Assembly (NCBI RefSeq): GCF_001194135.2 | Contig: NC_068982.1 | Location: 106,770,460-106,834,459, forward strand | Direction: 5' to 3' | Length of the DNA stretch: 64,000 bases | DNA from: Octopus bimaculoides | Taxonomy: Eukaryota | Part shown: piece after piece, positions 35,301 through 49,000 of the stretch | Position numbering within the stretch: position 1 is the first letter of the stretch | Layout: each line of letters opens with the position of its first letter | Translations under genes and position numbers: made by a program | Notes under the pieces: model-generated | Told to the model about the DNA's origin: nothing | Database searches by the model: none | The model's input: only the letters and a program-made list of their open reading frames with translations

Positions 35301-38300
35301 TTCCCTGAACTTTCCAGGCAGTCTGACAGTAGCAAATTCTAAGCCAGTCTTCATGTTTCATATCCTAGGGATTTTAATTTGCAGGATTCTGTAGTTGAAC
35401 AGTTTCTTCATGTTTTTGTTTGAGATCTTTCTTCAGTTTACATGTTACTCATAATGGTATATGTGTGCTTTTGACATTTTCACATATAAATAATTAGTTT
35501 CCATTAGGATGAGTGAACATGTTCCACAGAGTGACGAGTAGATTGCTCTTGGTTACTATCCTTTCTTTGCAGATTTCATTTTGCAGAGATATTATAGCCA
35601 TATGTTGCTAGCAACAAAGTCTACCAAAACACAGCTAGTACTGTGCAGTGAGCTAAATGCAAAAATATAAAAAAAATAAACAACAGAGAAACAATATTAA
35701 GCTATCAACAAAATTGCAACACCAACTTTTCGCAACTTCAAAACATCAAATTCACAATAGCAATACAGAAAACACTTTAAAAACATTAGCTATATTTAAC
35801 AGATCCATTGTGATTCTGCTCTTGTAGTATTTTGAAACTGCTGTTACTATGAAGAGTGGTTATGCTAGCTAGCCAACTCACACATGAATGCAATAATGCC
35901 TTGGACATATTATGGAATATGAAAGATGAAAGTAAAATGTTTAAAAAGCACTGATTATCAGAAGCGACTAAAATGATACTCTTTTACAAAATAACAAGAC
36001 CCTCTCAGTTTCTACCTGTAAACAAGTATTTGTCCACAGGTAGTGTACATGCAATTAGACACAAAAAGAATGAATAAAAATACAACAATAATACAATTAT
36101 AAAAAGTTCAGCTTAATAATATGACAGTAAAATTGTCAAAATAATACTCAACAGAAGCATAAAAAATTAAAAGACTGACAAAGTTTTTAAAATGGTACTT
36201 GATCTGGTGATTATAGATATAGCTAAGCCTAACTTAATTATTTCTTTTAACGGTATTTTTAATCAATGTAGATGCAAATATTACAAGTTTTCTTTTTTAA
36301 CCTGTCGTTCTTTTAGCAAGGTATTGATTCTTGTCGACAGTATCCACAGATTTTTATCCAATCTCTACCTAGTTCTATTCCAAATGCTCTTAATGCTTTT
36401 TTTCAGTCTGATAATACATTTTTAGAGTTCAGCTTTGCTATCTTTCCACAGAGTTAATATCATTAGCAAAATGGGAAAATTTGGCATGGTCTGATTTATA
36501 ATGGAGTTTCATGAGTTTGGATAAGTTTCATATTCCATGAGGAGAAAAGGAATCTGATATTCTGGGACTGACACTTCATCTGAGAAAAAAGAAATTTTCC
36601 ATTTGAAAAGACAAAGAATCAAACCTGAAATGTCAGTTACCCCTTCTTTTCCAGTATACAAACATACTTTTACTCATGAACTTCACTGTATAATTTTTAC
36701 AAACACAAACCACCAATAGTTTCCTTGGATATTGTAATTTATGAGACAATCATAATGTTTTGCAAATTGACTTTAAGCAAAACAGGAAAAAATAACTTTT
36801 TTAATGCATGCTTATTATTATATTTTTTCAAAAAATCTATTACATAACTATTCAGGAGAATTGTATTATTTATATCTTCTTAGAATTATTCAATTGCATC
36901 ATAGATGGTTCTTGATAAACTTTACAACACAGCCATTTTTCAGTCATAAGGTAGATGGATGGCTTGATAATGAAACATTTGGAAATGTACATAACTGAGA
37001 GATAATATAATTTGACTTTTAGTAAATAAATGTGTGTTGTTAATTGTTAGATTATACAGTTTGAAGTAAAAATTCAGCATATTTCATAAAATATTTTGAC
37101 TAATAGATCTTTTTTGTTTCATCTAGCTAGCAAACATATTTTCTCAGTAGTATAGTGGGGGCCTTGCTTATCCAACCTCCCCATTTTAATATAACTGGTT
37201 GCCACTATTCCAACTATTCTGACAACATATGGCAATGAGGGAGCTTCTATGTGGTTATCTGTGAAGTCCTAACCAGAATGTCTTGAGATGTATAATGTCA
37301 GTTACTGTGAAATTAACCCATTTAGAAGAGCAGTAACTGAATTAAAAAAATCTGCACGAAGATGTGGACTGTGAAAGCTGCAGCAAATGCAACCTGTATA
37401 AGGGCAGTAAATCTGAATAACAACACACTGTACAGGGTATCCTTGAGTTCTGACAGACAACCTCTCTAGAGCTAGTGGCACAATAAAATGCACCCAGTCC
37501 ATGCTGTAATGGCAATAGGGAAAGGGCATTCAGCCAAACAAAACCATGCCAAAATCATGACAGTCACAAATACAAAGAAAAACCTTAATTGTGTACATAG
37601 GACTGACACTCACCATGTTAGTGCTGCCCATAGAAGTGGGGTGGTTAGGTGGAAACATCCGGCCACGACTGAGAGCCCCTTGACTATCAAACAATCACAC
37701 CAACTCGCCTCGTTTCAGATGAAGAAAACGGACATCAAACATCCCACCCCAGCACTGGAAACTTTCTTCTTCCTGTCAGGTGTAAAACTTTGGTGCTGTC
37801 ACCATCCACATTGGCATGATGAAAGGTAGGTCTGGTAAAATTGTAGAGATGTTAAAGTAGAGGCAAGTGGATATGTACTGCATACAAGAGGTAAGATGGA
37901 GGGTAGCTTCAGCCAGATTCCTCATCGTTAACGAACACAGGTACAAATTCTTCTGGATGAGTAACAGCATTGGGCTGAGCAGAGTAGGCATACTGTTGGC
38001 AGAGAAACGAACAGATAAAGTAATTGAAATAGTCAGAATATGTGGCAGAACAATCAAGGGCAGACTAGTCATAGGCAACACGACAGCAAAGGATCTCTGC
38101 ATATGCACTCAAATGAAGCCTGAGAGATGAGGTCAACTTGCAGACTATTTTGACAACAAATGATAGCGACCTCATTATCATAGTTGGTGACTTAAATGGA
38201 CATGTTGGCTACTCTAATAGTATACATGGGGACTATGGATATAGTGCACAGAATGAAGAAGGAAATCAAATTACTTTGATTTCTGTGATGCAAACGACCT

Positions 38301-40036
38301 AATCATTTGCAATACTAACTTCAGGAAATCTGCCTGCCACCTGATCATCAATTAATCAAGTGAACATGCAAGCCAGTTAGACTTCATACTCACCAGGAAA
38401 TGGATAGACAGCTGGCTGTGAATACTAAGTCTTTCCCCAGTGAAGAATATACCACTCAATATAGATTAATGATTAGTGACATCAGTGTAAGTGCTAGATG
38501 GATTCAGCAATACAGTCAATCTGGAAAAGGAAGGTATGGAAGCTGAAAGAACCCATAACCAAATGTTCAAAGAAGTACTAGTTGAAGTATATCATAAGAA
38601 GGAGGGAACAAGAGACTTAGAGCATAAGGGTCAACTGGGAGTTTCTATGTGACAATCTGCTGCAAGACTACATACAAGAAGTGTGGGTGAAACAAGGTCT
38701 AACCAAGATAGAGGGCAAAACAGTACATTAGATAGAACTATAATAGCTAAAATAAGTCTTATAAAGATTGGAAGGAAGCAGCAATGAACAATATCAGGTA
38801 GTATGAAGAGACACTAGATTTCAGGTATAAGTTTGAGGTTTATAGATTGTGAATCAAGATGTTATTGGGAAAAGGTGTGTATGGAATGAGAGTGGTGCAC
38901 ATGCCCTCATTCATGCCAAGAAGAATAAAACATGGAAAGGCTACTACAATAGATTGCTGATTAAGGAAAATGCAAAGAAGAAATAGGGTCCATTGCAAGT
39001 AGAAAATACAGAGGGAGCAAGTTTTGAAGAAGAGAGCTATAGAGTTACAAGTGCCATTAAGGATATGAAAGCAGAGAAAGTAACTTGAACTCATTAAAAT
39101 GCCAAAAATATCTAGCAAAGCAGTATATGCACTTGTCACTCATAATCAATCAGGTAGTACAAAAGAGTTAAATTTCCAATGATTGATATGGTAGTAATAT
39201 CATCAACTATTATAAAGACATGCAGTCTGGGTTTGTACCTGATGTCCTAAACTGAGCTGAGAGCAAGCCACTATATCTAACATTCACTACTGACCTGGAG
39301 ATGGCCTCTGACAAGCAAATACCCTTTGTTGTCTAGCAGTCATTAAGAAAATAGATGTAGATGGATGACTTGTGAGAGTAATGCAAGTTATGCGATCAGC
39401 AAGGTGAGAACAGCATTGAGTTCAATAATTTAACATGCTAGTAGGTGTCTAGTAAAGCTTAATCTTCAGTTTCCCCTCCCATGCAAACTGTTTATTGTTG
39501 TACTCCAGCTATTAACACAGGGATTTAAAACCAAATCCTTAGGAAGTCTTGTATACTGATGATCTAGTTCTTAAATCTTGAAGATTTAAAGAAAAAAATT
39601 CTAAATGTCGAAGCAAAATATAGAGTTGGAAGACCTCAGCAGAAACTTAGTGAGGACTAAAATTTTAGTCAGGACTTAACTTAACACTTGGAGGTAGTTG
39701 TGCCCAATAAGCGGAAAAGAAGTAAGAGCTCTGTACTAAGTGCTACATGTAAATTATTGGTGCAAAAAGGGTGTAGTGAGAACAAAGTCAGGCTTAAGGC
39801 TGATCAATATGCTACTGCTCCTGGCTGTTAATCTTTACTCTCCCTCCAATATTATGTTTCCTAACATGTTATACAATCTATCATAAATTTTAAATTAATT
39901 ATTTCTGTCATCCTATAAGTTTAAACTTAAACATTTCAACTATAACATATCAATATATTTACTATGGTTTACTTATTTTAAAACTAGAACTTAAATAATT
40001 GATTGACTTTTTCACCATCATACCATTAAGGATATA

Positions 40037-40086
<50 letters not shown>

Positions 40087-43000
40087 GTAAACATAGACAA
40101 ACACTTAACACACATTCACAAGTAAATACAGTACAGAAACATTCAACACATATTTGCTAGCAAAAATAGTAGACATAATTTAACAATGTATTTTAGTTAC
40201 CTCTTTAGTATCATCACAGTCACAAGGTATTGTGGTTGGATCATCACTCAAGGTAAGTGAGTTAACCGGGTCAGATGATTCTTCACCATTGTTTAGATTA
40301 ATTTTATGGAGCTGCAACAACACATAGGCATCTAATGCTGCAATGATGAACCATTCAAACAGTTCAACAATGAAAAATGGAAGTGAATAACAAAAACAAA
40401 TGTCTAATATTTTCAATCCCTCAGATATTATCAATGTAATATATACAATCAATAGTGAATTTTAATTTAAGAAAACCCAACTAACAGCTGATCAATATTT
40501 GCAGTGAAGTCTAAGATGACCAAAGTCAGTATATCTCAGTGTAATCAACAGCAATTCTCAAACATTATCATCATTTTAACATCCATTTTTCCATGCCTGC
40601 ATGGGTTGGATAAAGTTTCTATGACCAGATGCCCTTCCTGTCACCAACCTTTACTTGTTTTCAAGCAGATATGTTTTTGCAGGATACTGGAAATGAATGC
40701 TGCTACTTGTATAATGGTGATGCTCATTTACATCATCAGGCTTTGCCAAGATAAGTACACACATGCACACACAATAAGCTTCTATCAGTTTTCTGTCTAC
40801 CAAATCCACTCAGAAAGTTTCGTTAGCCCAGGACTATAGTAGAAAACACTTGCCTGAAGTTCCACACTGGGACTGAACCCAGAACCATGTGGTTGGATGG
40901 GAAGCAAACTTCTTAACCATACACTATGCCTGTATCTATATATAATGTTACATAATAATAAACAATTGCTTGATTATTGCTGTTCTGAGTTCAAGTTCCC
41001 ATATAGACATAAATAATGGTAAAAATATTTACATGGTGGCCTTGTTTCATTTCTATTATCAACACACCAGAAAGTACTCAAATTTGTTGACTTCAATCTT
41101 CTCATCATAAAGATGTGACCAATATGAATATTGATTAATGTAGATTTGAAGACATGCACTTACAGTACAATTTCAGTACATTCAGAATCAATTCATGTTA
41201 GGTTTTCTAAAAGGATTTCTAAAGAATGTTAAAGTCATCAAAATTAAGCTTACTATATGTGTGCGAGTGTGTGTACAAATATATACACACACATATATAT
41301 ACACATACATATATCAACATCCATGATTTCATGGGTCAGACTAGATTTCCTGAGGCACACTTTCTACATCTGGATGACCTTCCTGCCACTAACCCTCACT
41401 TGTTTACAAACAAGCTAATACTTTCTCATAGCCAGACATGTTTTCACAAGAGATGGGAAATAAAAGAACACTGTTTGTATGATAATGACACTTGTTTACA
41501 ACTCTTGTGAGATATCAAGTCAAGGAGATACAAACACACACATACAAACCTCTCTATGCACATGCACACACACACACATAGGTTTATATATACAACTGAC
41601 TTCTCTCAGTTTCATCCATGAAATCTACCTACAAGACATTAATTAGCCCAAAGCTGTAGTAGAAGATGCTCAAAGTGGCATGTAGTGGGATTGATACACA
41701 CACATATAAAGCTAGATAAATAGATAGAGAGAGTGAGACAGACAGACAGAGACAGAGAATATAGATATTCTTTAATGGATTTTATTTTTATAACTTTAAA
41801 TCTATATTATGATTCCACACTAGAATCTGAAAAGATGTTAATCTGAGTAGATTATGTGTATTCAAAGATGCACCAAATCTCAAATTTACAAAAAAGAGGA
41901 AATGACGAAATAAGATGCTAAACAGATTAATATCTGCCAAATCAGATTGGAGCCTGGTGTAGCCATCTGGTTCACCAGTCCTCAGTCAAATCGTCCAACC
42001 CATGCTAGCATGGAAAGCGGACGTTAAACGATGATGAACACTATGCCACATCTTTAATGATAGAGTTTCTAAATATGTGTTGCTATTTTTTGTTTAACCA
42101 TATTGAACAAAAGCGTTATTAACTTCACCACTTTACCTTTTATTCAAACATAATGTATATAGGATTGTCAATGCATCTGCTTTTAAGATAGAATGACATT
42201 TCATTGTGCTTTCTAGCAGATCACATGACTGAAGCATAGACCTTCATTGCCTGCATATGTGTGTGTGCGTGCATGCGTACATTGTTATTATTACTACCAA
42301 TATCTTCAAGAAGTTATTTAAGACTATTTGTTTCAACAAGTTATTATTACATACCTGCATAGATAACTTGACATTTTCGAAGAGGTCGCCTTTCCCAACA
42401 AGAAATTTGATATGCTTTATTTAGAGGTCGACTAAAATGCTGTTCTACTAGTCCGCTAAGGCCTTTATGTTTAACATTTGAGGACTTCACAATTTGAATG
42501 GAATTTGATGGAAATAAAAATGAAAAATGAAAAAAAAAAAACAATTTTTAAACAAACAATTTTATGCAAAAGATTATTCTAAGAGAATTGAAGTTGTGAT
42601 GTTTAAGTATTACCTATTCACAAAAACATTAAATATAAAATTGAAGTGAAGTAATAATTAATATACAAAGTAATTGCTCACAAGTGTTTTATATTAGTCA
42701 ATTTAACCAGTAGAGTAACTGATTAAATGTATGGCATTATGTAGGTATATCTCTTTATGCCCTGAGTGCAAATTCCACCAGATTTAAGTTTAACTTTCAT
42801 TTTTCTGAGAATTATAAAATGCACACCTCTCAAGTACTGAGGTCATTTAAATCAACAATATTACTCCCTTAAAATGCCTATTTTAGAAAACAATTACTTA
42901 TAACACTGTGCATCATGATTTTTGTCCTTGAATAGCAACTGTTATTTCCTATTTGCTTACCCCTTGAAAGTATGAAAATGGCTAATATTTCCTTCAAACT

Positions 43001-46000
43001 TTGCTTTTGTTATGATATTTATTCAAACCCTAAAGAATCCCTCTCAACACATGGCTATAATATTCTCCCAATACTTCTGTTCATGATCAGTGATGCACAT
43101 ATCATCAGCCACTAAGGGACATGCTCAAGTGGTTGATGTCAAGCAACTGACAAGCAAATCTATGGTATTAAGCAGAATATTTGCTACAATGGTATTTCTT
43201 TTTCAGCAACTCAGTACTGTATCTGTTTGAAATGTAATGGAAAATAGGTCAGTTTCAAAACATTGATGTCAAGGTCTCAAAAGCAAAGTTTGAAGGGAAT
43301 AACAGTCATTTTCTTTGATTTCTAGATAGAAGCAAATAGGAAATAACACTTACTGACCAAAGACAAAAAGAAATAAAAATTTTGTTTTACAGTATAAATT
43401 GCTTTAGGCTCAGATGCACGGTAAACAAATGACATCAAACAACAACCAGAAGACATTTCTAGATTTACTAGAAATCATTGCTTGATTTATTTGAAATCAT
43501 TAACATTATTCTCTAATTTAAACATCCAGGAATTACTGTGCAGTTAAGAAGTTTATTTCTTAGTCATTCAACCACAAGCTTTTGGGTTTGATATCACTGA
43601 TAGGTACCTTGGGCAAGTGCCTTCTTCAATAGACCTTAGCCAAATAATGCCTCATGAGCGAATTTGGTAGATGGAAACTGAGTAAAAGAAAGCTCATTGT
43701 GATGTTTGTGTTTCTCAGTGCTTCACAACTAGTGTTAGATTGTTTGTGACCCTATAACTTAGTGGTCTAGCAAAAGAGACTGATAGAATAAGTACTAGAC
43801 TTAAAAATAGGTGCCAGAGTTGATTTTATTGACTAAACCCTTCAACACAATACCCTAGCACAATCATACTCTAATGACTGAAACAAGTAAAAGATTAAAA
43901 ATAGCTTCCAGGGCAAATTATTTGCTCAGACATTATATAACAGAATCCTCATCTTAATTCCAGCTGTTGTATCAACAAGCAATCAAAAGTTCTTTAATTC
44001 TCTGTGTAAAGCAATAGTATTTGCAATGTTACAACATTTGTTGGAACATTGGCAGCATACAGTAGCACCGGAGGTAAGCACTTGATCAGAGATACAGTTC
44101 ACCAAGAACTTAGTTCAACATTATAGTAAATGTTCTGCAGATAGAAACACAAAGGGTTGCCTCAGTGTATGATATTCTTTTATTTGTTTCAGTCATTTGA
44201 CTGCAGCCATGCTGGAGCACCGCCTTGAAGAGTTTTTGTTAAACAATTTGACCCCAGGACTTTATTTTTTAAGTCCTAGTACTTATTTTATTGGACTCTT
44301 TTGCCAAACTGCTAAATTACAGGGACGTAAATACACCAACACCGGTTGTCAAGCGATGATGGAAAAAAACAAACACAGACACATAGATACACACACACAA
44401 TGGGCTTCTTTCAGTTTTTGTCTACCAAATCCACTCACAAGGCTTTGGTTGGCCCAAGGCTATAGTAGAAGACACTGAACTCCGAACCATGTGATTGGGA
44501 AGCAAGCTTCTTACTACAATCATTTCTAATTTATCTTTTAAAAATAAACTGGTGCCTTCTTCCAACATCTCAGTAAAAAGAATAAAAACAAAAAAATATG
44601 TGCACTTCTGCACCTGGCCATTTTGCTTATACACACACATACATACAAGTTAATTTTTTTTCTTCTCATTGTCAAAAGACTAATATTTGTAGGGAAAAGG
44701 TATTGTGAATTTAAATGATTTCAGTGTATTACTGGTACTTATTTAATTGAATCTTAAATGGTTGAAAGTCAAAGTTAACTAGGCATTTGAAATCAGAACA
44801 ATTAAGGAAGACATTACAAATAGTACAATAGTTAGCCCAGCACTCTACAGTTTCAACTAACTCTATCATCTTTACACATAATATGAAAATAGTAATACCT
44901 TTTTAACTGTTGTCTGAAGATCAATGATGTTGGAAAATTCCTTTGTATCAATAAATGGGAATGTGACTGCAATTATATTTAAATCTTGTGTGAAACTATA
45001 ACCTGAAAGAATAAAAATTTAAGAAGTTAAAGATATTAGTTTCAAGCAACAAGCACAAGAGGTTAACAGAGAATTATGACACACATTTCTTAAAGATGCA
45101 ATAAAGCAACTGGAAATTGAAATCTGATTGCAGACTTGGATTGTCAATAATTACTTCTATTCCTTGACAATCATAAAATAAATTTAAAATATCAACAGTA
45201 ATAAAAGAGTCACAGACAATGAAGAATCAAATATAAATGATAAAATGCTAAGGCTGAATGAGCCAATGAAGGAACATTTATGTTACTGAACTGCTGTAAT
45301 GCAGCAACCAAGTCTTTGCACCAAACTATTTTGTATATTTACAATGAAATTCATATACTTTAAGTTTCAGATCTGAAGACAGCTTGCAACTGACCATTGA
45401 TAACATATTGATTAGACTTTGGTCAAATATTTTAAACTATAAATGAACTCAGGTATGACTGATTAGGGATATTCAAAAACTCCTCTTTTCCCAGTCCACC
45501 TCACTGTAAATTAAATAACAGAAATTGTAAATTTGACATTCTCATCATCATTGTTTAACGTCCGCTTTCCATATTAGCATGGGTTGGACGATTTGACTGA
45601 GGACTGGTGAAACCAGATGGCTACACCAGGCTCCAATCTGATTTGGCAGAGTTTCTACAGCTGGATGCCCTTCCTAACGCCAACCACTCAGAGAGTGTAG
45701 TGGGTGCTTTTACGTGTCACCCGCACGAAGGCCAGTCAGGTGGTACTGGCAACGGCCACGCTCAAAATGGTGTATTTTATGTGCCACCCGCACAAGAGCC
45801 AGTCCAAGGGCACTGGCAACGATCTCGCTCGAAAATCCTATGAAGGCCAGTCAGGCGGTACTGGCAATGGCCACGCTCAAAATGGTGTATTTTATGTGCC
45901 ACCCGCACAAGAGCCAGTCCAGGGGCACTGGCAGTGATAGTTAAAAAGCTCTAAGGTCAAATGTTACCAAGACCTTTTGGAAGAAACATTTCATTTAAAG

Positions 46001-49000
46001 TGTTTCAGGGGCCAAAAAAATGATTTAGAACATGGGAGGAGAACAGATAAAAATTGTCTCTTGAACATATAAAAATTAAGAAAAGAATACACCTACCTAA
46101 TTTCACGACGGTTTTATTATTAAAAATTTTGTTAAAAAAGTGTGTCCAGTCATCTTTGGAAAGAATTTGTGCCAGTGTTATCACGTCAACAATGTAGATG
46201 CACTCAAGCAGTGCAAGTTGTATGAGTGCAATACTAAAATGAACAACGACAAGAAATTATATGGCAATGGAAAACAAAACAAAATATTTCATTTAAGAAA
46301 ATTGTTACTCTATATTGAATAGGATTATGTACATTCTTGTTTCTGCATATTTGCATATAATTTTTCATAAATGTTTTATTCCTAAATACCTTTACATACG
46401 AACAATAACTGCTCACTTTGAATGGTATCTACCTTAAGTTAAATAATTTAAGGCAAGTAAAGTACATTTTCTTTCTTAGAGAATACAAATTTATTATGCG
46501 ATTTAAATCTAACATCTAATAAATGTCTAAGCTTTAAACCCTACAGTGACCAATAATTAAGGACAGTAAATTAAATATGGTGCCTTACAATGATTTGAAT
46601 CCATTTAATCTTATTGGTCTAACACTTTCATCACACATCTTGCTATTCTTTTAACCCTGATATGAACAGTGAATTAAATATCATCAACAATATAAAGTAA
46701 AATGACAGCTTGTGAATAAAATGGTGAATTAACTGAAAGCAGATCAAGAGCAGATGACTGACATCATCATAATCATCATTGTTTTATGTCCGTTTTCCAT
46801 ACTGGCATGGACTGGATGGTTTGACTGAGGTCTGGAAAGCCAGCGGCTGCACCAGACTCTAATCTGAACTGGCAATGTTTCTACAGCTGGATGCCCTTCC
46901 TAATGCCAACCACTCCGAGAGTGAAGTGGGTGCTTCTTATGTTCCACTGGCACAGGAGCCAGTCAGCCGGGCCTGGCATTGATCATGTTCCGATGGTGCT
47001 TTTTACGTGCCACTGGCATGGGAGCCAAAGGCTTATCATCTTCTATTTTTCAGTCTGATCACAATAATGCAATTAATAGTAGGAGCATTGTTAAAAACAT
47101 TTGCTACCATACAGTGTATCTGGATAAAGTTAGCCTGCTGAAGCCAATTCTCTTTATAAGAGAATTTGTATGCTAGCATGCTAATGAAGCATTTGTCAGT
47201 GTTACTGCTGCTTGTAGCAATGAATCCACTACCGTGCTACCTTTTGGTACCTATGCAGAACTAGGTGGCTTTAGCTAGTTAGAGTATGTTGGTCATCAAA
47301 AGAGACGTGACACAAACAGTCAATTCTTTGGCTGTTAGAGCAATACTAGATTAACTTAGCTCCTGGTAGCTCTTTTTAAATAAAACAGAGATGCTTCTTT
47401 TAAAAGAAAAATAAATTCAATTCCAAAAACTAGACAAAAGACAATATGCATGTCAAAATGCCAGGAGCAAAAGTAGAGATTGTGTAAGAAATTTTGTCAG
47501 GAATTTGATGTTTCCTCATTCTACTGATGTAGATAAATAGGCATTAGATAGTTTGCTACTGAATTAATCAACAGTTCAAGTGAAAAGTATGAATCTGAAT
47601 ACTTAAGTACCTGTTTCAACATATACCAAGCATTAAAAAAGATCAAAAGCAAAACAAACAAAAATAATAATATAAACTTACCTATAAAAATTATAGTTTT
47701 GTAAAACATATCTAAATAAAATGTTCTTTTTATAATAATTAGCTTTTTAATGTTTAACAACTTTCTTGGAGGTGATGAGTTAAACAGAAAGATTAGCATT
47801 AAATCTAGAAATTAAAGTAAAATATTTAAATTGTTTAACCCTTTAGTATTTAATACAGACATATCCGACCCAAAATTTTCTCCATGTTTTATGTTCAAAC
47901 TGATCGGATTCGGTCTCTCACATCCACCTAACAATGTCATTGTAAAAATATACAATCACATCATTGAAATCTCAAAGCTACGAGATAATGCATGATTAAT
48001 TCAAAACAATCTGAATGAATAGGTATTACATTTGATAGAATAATAATCATCATCATCATTTAGCATCTGCATTCCATGCTGGCATGGGTTAGACAGTTTG
48101 ACTGAAACTGGTTAGCTGGAGAGCTGCACCTAGTTCCAATCTGATCTGGCATGGTTTCTATGGCTGGATACCCTTCCTAACACCAACTGCTCCTGGAGTG
48201 TAATGGGTGCTTTTTACATGCCACTGAGATAGACACCAGTTACATGACACTGGCATTGGCCACAACTTGGCTTGACAAGACCTTTAGGCAATATACCATG
48301 CTTGAGCATGGTATTTTGCCAAAGGTCTTGGTCAATTATCACCTCTGTGAGGCCCAACATTTGAAAGGTGCTTTTTACATGCCAGCAGCACAAGTAACTG
48401 TTATGTGAGGCCAGCATCCGCCATGACTATGGTTTGCGAAAGGGTTACACTGAGTTTCGCACAAAGTTTACTAAAAAGCTTATAATTTACTTTTAATTTA
48501 ATTTAGCTAAATGAAAATACAAACCACTTCCACTTCAAATTTTAGTGGCTGTCATTACAATCAAATTACTTGCACCAACATGCATACAATACCAAGTTAT
48601 TTAGAACCTATATTAATAACATGGTAATCTTGTCAAAAATAAACAAAAAACTGTCAAATTACTGAAGACCTTACTATAAAATTTAAAATTACAAAAATGG
48701 GTTGATGGTTACCATGTCTTACCTATCTCGGTTAGTTTCTGAATTAAATAAAGTTTGCCATTCTAGATCAACACCAACAATGGAGCCAGGCTGGAATGAA
48801 ATTGTATATCAAATTGAATTTTTATCTCAACAGAGTTTTTCAGAAGTTTTAAAGTTTATTATTCTTTTACTGGCTTCATTTTCTCAACTGTGGCAATGCT
48901 GGAGTACTGTTTTATTGAATGGTTAAGTCCTCCTTGACATAAAAACTCAGAATAAAATGCTCCAAAGTATGTTAGTTCAATGTTAGCTACACACACACAT

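Noticed and set aside
43964-44073. Plus-strand exon-like segment (ttccag...GAG/gtaagc, open frame) suggesting a nested antisense gene
   Set aside because: No partner exons or recognisable peptide were found, and single pseudo-exons of this size are expected by chance. A similar isolated case lies at ~1004-1078.
47682-47805. Open minus-strand segment ending in gtaagt inside EXD3 intron 8
   Set aside because: It is phase 1->1 while the intron is phase 2; exons 8 and 9 already join colinearly with homologues; the peptide is low-complexity.
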